Source: Craspedostauros australis (taxonomy: Eukaryota). Taken from it: 64,000 nt of DNA. Positions 20,444-31,400 of this stretch are shown one piece after another. The position numbers and the translations under genes are program-made. The notes under the pieces are model-generated. The model was not told the DNA's origin. It saw only the letters and a list, made by a program, of their open reading frames with translations, and did no database searches. Positions within the stretch are counted from its first letter, which is position 1. The number at the start of each line of letters is the position of its first letter. Location: contig JALAGF010006637.1 in assembly GCA_030167865.1 (NCBI GenBank), positions 1-64,000 on the forward strand, given 5' to 3'.

Positions 20444-23400
20444 ATCGGTCACGATGAGAAGAAGAAAGAAAAGCATTAGATTAAGACTCATACGTACATA
20501 AATAAATGAATGAATGCATACAGTATCGTACTTACACGGGTGAGTGCATGCGCTAGGCATGCGAGTGGCCGTATGGATGGGCAGAATTGGCGAGGCAAGA
20601 ACAAACGATGTCACGAAATGTAAGGTGCACGAATCATGCTGCAGATGCGGGCTGCTCATTCGTACATCTGTACCACGCACTCACGCATGCGCGCTGGAAC
20701 GCAGTAGCGGTCGTCTTGGATGTGTGTGGTACATCCAGCACCTGACACACACTGGCGTGAAGTATGAAAGTTAGGGCCTGTGGGAACACACACCGAGACA
20801 TACTCACCAAGTCTTCACCCCATTTTGAAGTTGGGCATGTACCGGGGCGTAACATCCCAACCTTCTGTGCCCCCATGCTTGGAGAAGGCAATCGTGCCTT
20901 GTTCGACCTGTCCTGGAGCCGCAGTGATGTTGCTCTTGATGGTTCCGATTATCGATTTACCGTTGATGCTGATTCTCACCCTCACTCTTGCGCATACAGC
21001 TCACCAGCTTCGAGAAGTGGCAGTAGCTGCGCACTCTGCTTTGCTTTCTTCTCTTCACTTCACGCGGCTCGCTTGGTGTATTGCTCCCGCGTGTGGTCTC
21101 CAGGACTCCCAACATGCTCGCATGCTGTGACGGGACGGGCTCATCCTCATTGCGCGTAGGCTGGGAGTCGTTGACGTCGTGGATTGTTCGGGAGCCCGTG
21201 GAACGCAGCTTGACCATCTTGCGTGTCCTTGGCATCATTCGTGTCGATGGCGGAGCCTCTCCAAACTGGTGATCGTACGAGTAAGCATACCGTACGACTA
21301 CTATTTCGCAGTTCGACAAATGAGGTGGCACGGGTTTCGTGCAAATTGTGAATGCACCGCATTCCGTTTTCCTTGGGAATGGACCATCCGAAGCAGCTGT
21401 TTCCCACCATCGGTGCTGTTCATGTTCATCCTTTCCGCGTCCTTGAAAATCGAGTCTCTCCTCTTGCTTCCATGGCTCAAGCTGCTACTGCGAGGTAGTG
21501 CCCCGTTGCGTTCAGCTTTGTGCTCTCCTGAGAAAGCGCAGATGGTCTGTGTCGCGGTTGCGAGCTGATGAAGCCATGGGATCTTGCTTTCTCCTCCTAC
21601 TCCTTTTTCCAACCCCTTCTTGTAAATATAATAGGACCGTTGTGGTGTACGGTACTCCAGGAGAGGTCAGACTTTGGATGATTTACAAGCATGTACCTAC
21701 CTACGCCATGTTCAGCGATGCAACCCGAGGAGGATTCGACTGCTCGTACGCAGTTGAAGGGTGTAGAAATGGAAAGCATGTTCACATGAATGCGATAATG
21801 CTGGATGTGGCGATCTTGAGGAACCTCCAACTTCTGAGTGGCGTCGAGAGGCCAGTAACCGACGTTGAACATGGAACATCGGCTCGCCGCGGAACGTTCA
21901 CCATCAAAGACTGGTCGCGGCTCCTCGATCGTACGTATCAATCAGCACCGCATGACCCAATCCCTGCCTCGTGGTTGACTGGCAAGGAGGCAACATCCAC
22001 ATCATCGGATGCGCAGAGACACCACACCACACCACACGTCTGGAACAAGTCAGAACCAAGAGAGAGGAACGAACACCAGTTTCGTTGCTCCACACCATTT
22101 ACGCATTCGGTCCGCACAAGGTTGCTACTCCAACCACTACCCTGGCACACTCTGCATCACTCCAGCTGACGACTTCAACCTTTGTTCTTGTTGCCTTCCC
22201 CTGATGAACTACTCTGCTCTTGTTCGTGTTCGTGTGAAGTTCCCTCTTGGAACACAAAGCTCGTATAATACAATAGATCACAAGGTGAACATGTCGGAAG
22301 AGTAGGTGCATCACTTATCCTTCGTGCAGTCCCTTCGCCACGCCCTCTCCGCTCCATCAACACCACCGAAGCCACCGCCGAACCTTTGGCGCTTTGTGTG
22401 CCAACGTGGTGCCACCACGATCATGTGAGAGGAGGCGGCGCGACTTTGGAGTAGAGCGCGGATACCATTCTCGTGCCGATAAAAAAAGTGAGTGTCCGCA
22501 GTGCGTTGTGCGTGTTCCTGCGCCACCATCCAAGTCAAGACAGAAAATTCAATCTTCAGGCTTCGGTTTCGCTGTGTGATGTCTTGCTTATCCCTAGCAT
22601 TTTGTTCCAAGTGAATAAGGCATTTATTGTGACGTATTGGTGAGTATTGATGGGGATGTATGCAAGATAAGCCAACAGCACCGGAATGGTTTGTACTCAC
22701 AAGATCGAGTACCCTTTCGCTGTCGTGCAAAAATTATGAGAGGCGATAACCGCCAATCGTGTCCTCTCCGCGCTCCTTCGCTTCTGTATTGAAACACATA
22801 TGCTTGACTGCCGAGATGGCGATTCCGATTTTTCTTTCTGTGTGCGACTGTCCAAGGAGAATGGGGCGCAACGCACCGGTAAGTAAGTAAGAGCATGTGC
22901 CAACACAAACAGGGCGCCGTGAGAAGGTTCGTGGCTGTGTTGTGATGCGCTGTGATGCGTTGTGATGCGTTCTTTGACTGCTCTGGACGAACCTGCCTAT
23001 CTTGGTGGCTGATCACACCAAACCATCCTCTTCTCCACCCCAATCGCTGCATAACGATTCAAACTTCATCACGCCACATCACCCGAAATCGAGGCGCACA
23101 TCATCGCACGCTCTGCCAACGTTTGCATCACCGTCATCAGCAGGGCATAGCAAAGGGAAACGAAGGCTGACCGGAAATGCAGCAGTGCCTACACCATACA
23201 ACTCTCACAACAACCGACACTGAGAAAGCGCCACAAGATCAACATCGCGAATGACAACAACGACAAGAACTTCAACGTGACAGCACCACCTTCAACAAAC
23301 GTATCAAATTGCGCGAAGCATTTCTGCCCAGCACGAGACGCTGCGATCGCGATTGCAAGGTGCAAGCCAAAAGGGGAAGAAGCACACAAAACTCAAAACG

Positions 23401-23733
23401 GGCCTGGAACCCTGCGTTTCTCACATCCATCAAACGCCGTACTCGCACGTAGTACCGCGCACTATTCATTCTTGTTGTCGAGCACCAACGACGCGAACAG
23501 CAAGACCCCAGCCAGGACAAAGCCTGCACTCAACACATGCGCAAGCACCAGGAACCAACAACAACAGCAACAACAAGAACCAGAACACAGACCTCATTAA
23601 TCACGTAGAGCAGCATCCGCACCGGCAACACCAGCAACACACCAGCAACACCAACAGTAGCAAGTGGCAGCAACACTAGCACCAACGCCAACATCACCAT
23701 CAGCAAGCAGCAACGGCACGCAGAGCAAACGCC

Positions 23734-24795
23734 ATGAGCGAGGCATTGGAACAATACTTCTCGACCTTACTCGACGATAGAAGGAAACGCAGAGAACATG
23801 CGACAGCAATCAGAGTCAATACCAACTACGATGACGAAGATGACAGCGCCACTATCCCAACCATCAATACCAACGCCAACGCCAAAAACTCTCTCATAAC
23901 CAGCGCAGTAGACGAGGCAGAAAATGATGAGACGTGGAAGAAGCCACACGAGACAGCTCCAATCAACGTCGACGATGCCAGCCATGCGAAAAGCCTGGAC
24001 GGCCTCAAAGGCGCACGGCGACAGCTGGGCAGGCGTTCCAAGAAATCGCGTGCCAGACGAAGGCTCGATAGCAGCATCGCCATCATCGTCGACAACGCTC
24101 ATATCCCGCTGCCCTTCGCACGATACAGCAGATGCAACGAGTCCGAAAAGGAATTCATGAGCCGTTCTCTCTCATCCTTGAACTCCATGTCTTATCCACC
24201 TCCTTTCCTAAGACCTCTTCTTTCATCGTCATCATCGTCGTTGTCCCACACGACTTTGTCCACAGACGACGAAACTCGGTGGGACTCATCGTCATCCACA
24301 TTGACCGATTTCTCTCTCAACGTGCCATCGCGAACGCGTGACGTCTACGACCGTCCATTGACATGCGTACACCGGCGTCCATCGATCTCACATGATGGTA
24401 GCCCGAACTCTACCGAACGAATGCTCCGAGCTTTGCCACTCGAGAGCTTGGCATTGGAAACGGACATCTTGAAGGCAACTAGGACACCGCAGGCGCTATC
24501 GCTACCAATCTCATTGCCAAAGGAATTCAACGTCATGGCGATGGACAGCGACCAGGACGACAATGCCTTGGACATCCTCATCGATTCCAGCCAAGACGAG
24601 GACTACTTCGAGGACTTGTTCGAAGACGACAGCGTCGATGAGATCGAAGGCATGCCAAAACTGAAAGGCTACAGCCGCTACGAAAAGGCGAACCTCGAAG
24701 GCCATCCAGGCGTCGTAGCCAAGCTACAAGTGTTGGATGGTGATCAATGCGAACTCTTCACAAGCGCAGGCGTTCATCCCAAGCACATACCATAG
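23734..24795 (+). CDS. Hypothetical 353-aa Ser/Asp-rich protein
   Basis: Single ORF preceded by a C/A-rich leader. Short motifs IIVDNAHIP, TRWDS and RRPS resemble low-complexity proteins common in diatoms. No known domain recognised. Confidence 0.7.
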   Translation: MSEALEQYFSTLLDDRRKRREHATAIRVNTNYDDEDDSATIPTINTNANAKNSLITSAVDEAENDETWKKPHETAPINVDDASHAKSLDGLKGARRQLGRRSKKSRARRRLDSSIAIIVDNAHIPLPFARYSRCNESEKEFMSRSLSSLNSMSYPPPFLRPLLSSSSSSLSHTTLSTDDETRWDSSSSTLTDFSLNVPSRTRDVYDRPLTCVHRRPSISHDGSPNSTERMLRALPLESLALETDILKATRTPQALSLPISLPKEFNVMAMDSDQDDNALDILIDSSQDEDYFEDLFEDDSVDEIEGMPKLKGYSRYEKANLEGHPGVVAKLQVLDGDQCELFTSAGVHPKHIP

Positions 24796-25401
24796 TCGTA
24801 CCATTGAGGACAGACACTCACCCAATCCGCCACTCCATCCTCATTGAAAGGCAAAATTTTGGAAGCCCTTCTCCCAGTGAGCAGAAGCATTGGATCACAT
24901 CCAAACGGGAAGGCACAGAAGCGATGGGAGCGCAACAACTCCATCTCGTGGAAGGACCTGAAGTCATCAGCCATCACCTACCCGGGCTCAAAGTGATGGC
25001 AGAGGACGATCGTGGTTCCTCTTTGAGAATGCACAGGCCCATAGACTCACTTGGCTTGTTCATATTGTACTATTGACACATTAACGTAAAACATAGATTC
25101 ATCATACAGTAGAATCCAAAGCACTCTAGCTTGAGGGGCGCCGCTCTGCGCAAACCAAATCACCGCCGCAGCATCCAACATCTGGCATCCCATCAAATGG
25201 CGAAGCTGTTGTTGCTCTCCGAGTGCTTGCACACGGCTGCTGCGGTTGGTGTTGCCTTGCAAATACTGGGGCTGCCACCCTCTCGTTTTGGACTGGATTG
25301 GAAATGTCCAGAACCGACCAAGCTTCTTTCAATTGATCCTTCACGCGCTCACTTCAGAAGCAGCTCTGTCTTGGCTTCCATCATCTTGGATGGTCTCATC
25401 A

Positions 25402-28400
25402 TTACCTACCATCCTCGTCGTCGTTCTCATCGTCGCCTTCATCCTCCTTGGTTCCAAGCCCGAACATGCTCAGATCTTCATCGCTGTCCTCATCCTCTGG
25501 CATCTTCCTCATCCATCGTGCGATGAGGGTTTGGCGACGTTGTTCCTCAGCGGTTGAAACTCCGACTTCGGAATCTGCGATCTCGTTGACGGATTCCACA
25601 TCCGACGCTACAGTTTCCTTGTCGTCCTCCTGCGGCTTGCGCACCCATCGATCGAGGTAGCTCTGTCGCCGCTTCTCTGCCATCTTCACTTCCTCCATGT
25701 CTTCTGAATCGGCAGCCAAGATTTCCGAGTCTGTCTGTCGCAGCGGCGCCAAAGACTCAGTCTCCGCGTCTGCACCTGTTGCCGCTTCATCGAGATCTAC
25801 CTCGGTGTTGGCATCATCCGTCGATCCGTCTTCGGAGACTGGTGCGTTTTGGACCCACCGGCTCATCAGAGCCATGCGCTTGCTGGCCAACGCATGCTCG
25901 CGAGTCTCCACGTCTGTCGTGGCGATGGAGACCACCTCGTCGCTATCAGAAGTGCCTGACTGGACAATCGCAGGAGTCGTCCACCGAGAGAGCGCCGCGT
26001 TGCGCTTATCCTTACCCTCCTGTACGGAATCGAAGGTTGCCGCCTCCACCAAGGCAGGAGATTCTTGTGCACCGTCGCTTCTCTCACGTCGTTGCACTGC
26101 TTGCGAACCCCCCTCAGGCCGAGGTGCTTTGCGAGATCCGGTCTTTTTCAGAGATGATCGATTCGCCAGGGCGTTGGCCAGTTCCGGGGAGACATTGGTG
26201 CTGGATGAGGATCCAGCATCGCTGGCCTGGTCGCTCCCAGTGACGCGTTTCAATTTTGCCATCTGCTTCAGGCCATTTCCTTGTAGCTTTTCCTCGGCCT
26301 TTCGGATTTGCTCTGCCTCGTAGATCTTCTTCAATCGATCATCGCTGGTATCGTCGTGGATGACGCCCTTCTTGAAGTCATCAACGGCATCATCGCCGGC
26401 AGTCTTGCACATCTCATAGACCATTAGCACCAAGGACTGCTGGCCGGAGTTCTTTGCGTTGCCAACCATGTCCTCCGGCTTGGGTGGCTTGTTGCTGGGC
26501 ATCCTCAAGCTTCTGGAAACGGAGGCTTGTAGCTTCTTCTTGCGCACAGCCTCCTTTCTCCTGAGGATCTCTTGCCTTTCTTTGTGCTTCTTCAGCGCAG
26601 AATTCAGGTTGCCGGCGAATTCAGCAAGGATCGCGAGCAAGCTGGCGGCCTTGTTCTCACCACCTGGTTCGCAGAAGAATTCGGACAGATTGCGGCAGGC
26701 CTGGACGGCGTTGTCGCGTTCAGACTCAAGCGCACTGTACACCGCATTCGCTTCCTCGAGGAAGTCGTCAATCCTTTTCACACCATCTTCTCTCGTATAC
26801 TCGGCTCTTTCCTCACGCTCGGGATTAAGCTTGGCCTTCATCGATGCTCTGAGGCTGGCACGAGGCGAAATGGCCGGTGCTCCTTCACCCTTTGGCTTGG
26901 TCGCTGATTTGAGCAACTCAGCAACGGTCGACGAGCTGCCCTTGGCCGCCATCTCCTGCTTGCTAGCCTTCATCTTCTCCAGGAACTTGGTGCGCTTTGC
27001 GATGATGCCATTCTTGTTACCGCCGGCTGCCTCGGTCTGATTTCCAGCACGCTTGCGCATCTCTGCTGCGAAGAGCGGTTCGCTGCGGGTCTCCGTGTCT
27101 GGTGCCGGAGGCTTGCCATCGGCAACGAGCGCCTCGCGTTCTCGCTTGCATCGTCGCATCGCGGCTGACATGGATCGGACGTCGCCGAGCAGATCCGAAA
27201 GCTGGATCTTGCTCGCGCTTTGGCAGTCCGGGAAGTCATCGGAGAGCAGCAGAGCATTCTGCTGATTCCTTTCCGCGAAGATCATGACGATGAGATCCAA
27301 CGCGGACGTCTTCTTGTCGGAGCCCTTCGTTTGCGCGAGGCGAGAAAGGAAGTCCAACTTGAATCCGGCGACCTCCTCTCCTCTGCCTTCGTTCATGATG
27401 TTGCCAATCTGTCGCACAACATCGAGGAGGTCGGGCAGCTTGATGCTGCTCATCACCTGGTTGCATACCGTGATCAGGAGTCTGAAGCTCTTGCAGATCT
27501 CGTCGGCTTCGTTCTTGAAGGTTCCCATCGTCTTCAGTACACCGACCTTGGCGTCGGCTCGCTCAACGTGTGCGATCTGCTTGAACCAGAGTTCGGCAGG
27601 CACGAGACGGTCGTCAGCTCCTGAGTATCCCTTCACCATCTTGGCTTCGGCCGGTGCAGGAAGCAAGTCCTTCATGAACTGCACACGTTCATCAACGAGG
27701 CGCTTCTTCGGATCGACGAATTCGATGATCTTCCCGAGCTCTGCACGGGAGAATTCCTTGTACGCCTGCAGACTGATGGCGACGTTGTTCGCGCGGTTCA
27801 GATCGATCAGCTTGGCCATGATCTTTTCTCCGCCTGCTGTGGTCGTCACAGTCTTCTTGGCCGCTTGCGTAATCTGTGTCGGCTTTTGGAACTTCTCCAC
27901 ATGCTTGGAGATGTCCGTGACGCAGCTGATCTCTGAGCAGTCGTCGGGGATGGGAGAGGTTCGCAGCTTGCCCCAGATGCTGTTGGCCAGCTGCTGACCC
28001 GAAGAAAGCGGGTTCCAGTGGAAGCCCGGCTTCAACGCACGTCGTTTCTTCTTTGCAGGCTCCGATGCGCTATTGTCCTTGACCTTGTCACCGAGAACAG
28101 CCGCGATGATCTTCGCTGACACGCCCTCCTTCTGCATGCGGTGTCGGACTCCCTCCTTCGGGATTTTGAGCTTCAGCATCTGTCGGTACGATGTCGCGAT
28201 GGATTCCTCTGCATCGGTCAAAGTCACGCCGGTGGGCTTTCCCGATGAATTGGGCGCTGCCATTGACTTTCCAAGGACCACCTCCATGAGCTCGACCTTG
28301 ACGCCCTCCTTTCTCATCTTGTGCTCAACAGCTTCGGCAGGAATGCACATCTTGAGCATCTTCTTGTAAGAGTCGACCTTCTTCTGATCCTCCGGCGAAA

Positions 28401-31400
28401 GCGCTGCGGGTTTGTTCGCGCCATCGGTGGCCTCCACATCGCTCCCGGATGACGCTCGGTCAAGAACAGCGTCCATGATCTTCGTGCTCATGCCTTCCTT
28501 CCTCATCTTGTGTTCCACCGCTTCAGGAGGAATCCTCATCTTGAGCATCTTCTTGAACTTACCAACGTGCTCCAGGTCTTCCTTCGTGAGATCGTTCTTC
28601 GGCTGTTGGGACGCAGATCCAGCATTCGGTGCTGCCGATCCTTCATTCAAGACCGCCTGGATCACGTTGATGCTCACGTCCTCCTTCGTCATCTTGTGCC
28701 GCACGGCTTCGATGGGAATCCTCATCTTGAGCATCTTGCGGTAGGTTTCCACCTGCTTGGCTTCTCCCTCCGACAACTCAGTCATGGCTGAAACGGCCGA
28801 CATGGTCGGGCTGCTCCCTGCTTCCACCGTCGTGGTTGGGATAGATGTGGAGAGTGGGAACGGCGCAGATCTCCTGTTCTGCATGGCATCCACCAGATCA
28901 GCATGGCTGGCCGGGTGCGACATGCGCCGCTTGCGGTAGGCTTCCAGCACTTCCCGTTCTTCTGCGTTGAGATGTTCGACAACGGTGGGCTTTGGCGAGG
29001 CTGCTGCCGCCGCCGCCGCCGCTTGCGGAAGCGGCTCCGTGGAGCTGGAGAGATCGTGCAGTGCCTTGGAGAACACCAAGTAATCGTGCTTGCTGTCGAA
29101 CAGCAAATCCTTCGCACTGTGCTCATCAGCCAATAGCAGACGCACCCGGAGGGCCACGATGTCGAACGTCATGGAACGGATCGATTCGGGCTTCAGTCGC
29201 CAAATGACTGTTTCGGGTTGACCACCCTGAGACTGCAGCTTCACAAGCTCCGTTTGGTTCACGCGAACTGTTTCAGTAACGTCGGTACCAGCATCACCAG
29301 CATCATCAGCACTCTTCTTGAGAGGCACGGAGACCTCGGACGGTGGTTCCTCCTGGTTGGGCCTGTTGTCGGCTGGAGGGTCGACGGAGGAGGATACCTT
29401 CGTGGCATCGTCTCCGGAGTGGGACGTTCTGATCATAGGTGGGTCGACGGCGACCGCAGCTGCAGAATCCACGCTCGGTCCCACGCTGTCCTTCGTACTA
29501 TCCGATGATTCTGAAGCGACGAGAGATGGAGATAACTTCGCCGGCCCAGTGGCAGAGGATGGGCTGTCCACAGTCTCAACAAGCACAGATGTTGCTGTCT
29601 GTTCGGTGGACGCAGACGCTGGATTCGGTTTGTGCACACCCTGTGTCGGTTTCAGTGCTGCTTTGAAGGTGGAAAAGGCGGCGCCGCTGATACCCTCGCC
29701 TCTCGGAGCGTTGGCTGGTGTCTTTGGTCCAGAAAAATTCATGGGTGTGTACGTCTGCTTGTGCTTGGTTGGCTGAGCGGATGTGGCAGTGGTTGCCGAC
29801 GTTGGAGCTTTCGCGACTGTCGCAGAGTCGTCGATAGTACCAGCGGATGATGCCACCGAGCTCTCCACCTCGATCTTCTCTTCTTGTGGCTTGCCCTTCA
29901 CGTGACGCAGCTTGACCTTGGCCCAAGCAGATGGCACGGACGCATCGGATGATGCCGATCTATCTGGATCGCGCACAGATCGCAGCTTGATGCCAGACCA
30001 TGGGATTGAGACATCGCTGTCAGCGGGTTCGGCGTTCGGGAGTGGACGCTTCCTCGATACCGTCGATTGCTTCGACGATGCCGACCCTTGCTTCGCGCCA
30101 GACCGAGCTGAAGCCGACGTGGACACACCGTTATGTTTGGTGTGCATAGTCGGGATCGCTTTGGAGGTTGCCATGCCCTTCTGCGACGCCTCCATGAAGA
30201 TGGTGTCGCTTGAGGCAGCGACGGAATCCTCAGATCCCTTGTTGGAGAACTGGCTGAAGGAGACTTGGGAATCCATGTTGCCGGATGATGCCGCCGCAAC
30301 GCTTGCCGGTTGCCGCACGGATCCTGTCGAGCCAGCGGAAGATGCGGTCGTTTTCGCTGTATTCTTGGAAGTGTCCACCGAACCGGAAGACTTGAATGGC
30401 CCCGCATGCTGCTGTTGTTGCGGCTGGCTTGCGCTGCTGGGGCTGTCGTTCTTTCGGTGGTGCTGTGCGAGCGTGACTTCGAACTCGTTGCAACAATCCA
30501 CATCATCGATGCTGTCAGTGGACTTGCTCAATGTCACGTTGAAGCCATTGTCGGATTGTTTCGTGCTGTCCTCCTGTGCGGCAGCTTTCTTGGGGACCTT
30601 CTTCAGAATGTGTTGGCCGAAGTCCAGCTTCTCTGTCACCGTTGGCTGGATGAACCTCGAGGCGTTACCTGATGGCGCACTTCGCTTGAAGTTGTGATTG
30701 GTGCCTCCACTGATGGTTTTGCCGTTGCCGTTGCTGTGGCTGTTGGCCGTGAAAGTGTTGTCACGACCGCTTGGGTCGAGCATCTCATGAACGCCATCCC
30801 GCGTCTGCGTTGGGAGAGCCTGTGGTTTGGACGAGTTCATGATGTGTCCATCTGATTGCGCCGCGCCTCTGGCTTGGGTTGAAGCCATGTTGGCTGCTGC
30901 ATTGCTGCTGTCGTGGACGTCACCACGGTTGCTGTTGGATTGCTGGGTGGAGGATTCCTCATCCGAGCGCATTCGTCGCAACGCATCGTCGGTAGCGCTG
31001 GGCTTGCGTGCTGATGGGAGAGTGCTGTTCTTGGGCGAAGGTTTCGATTGCTTGGACCTCGAAGAGGAGGAAGATGATGAGGAGCTTTGCTTGTTTGTTT
31101 TGGAATTCGTTGGAGACTTTTGCTTGCCCTTGCCCTTGGCCTTGCTGAACATGTTGCGTGGCGACAAGCCGCGAGGCGACAGGAGCTTCCTCATGCGGCT
31201 GGAGTGCGGCATCTTGTCCTTGGTCCTCGGATTGGTCGTCTTGCGCACTGCCCTTGCCAGCACCTTGCGCATCATGGCCTTTTCGCTTGGACCAGTACCC
31301 AGACCGCTGCTTCCGTTCGACCGTCCCGAAGAAAACAGGCTCTGCCTGTTGCTGCCCTTGCGAGACCACATACTCTTTCCTTTGCTCTGTTGTTTGGGCT

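Noticed and set aside
20450..23730. ORFs such as 21498-22169 (223 aa)
   Set aside because: Non-ATG start, no recognisable domain and no convincing splice structure; a gene cannot be supported without transcript data.
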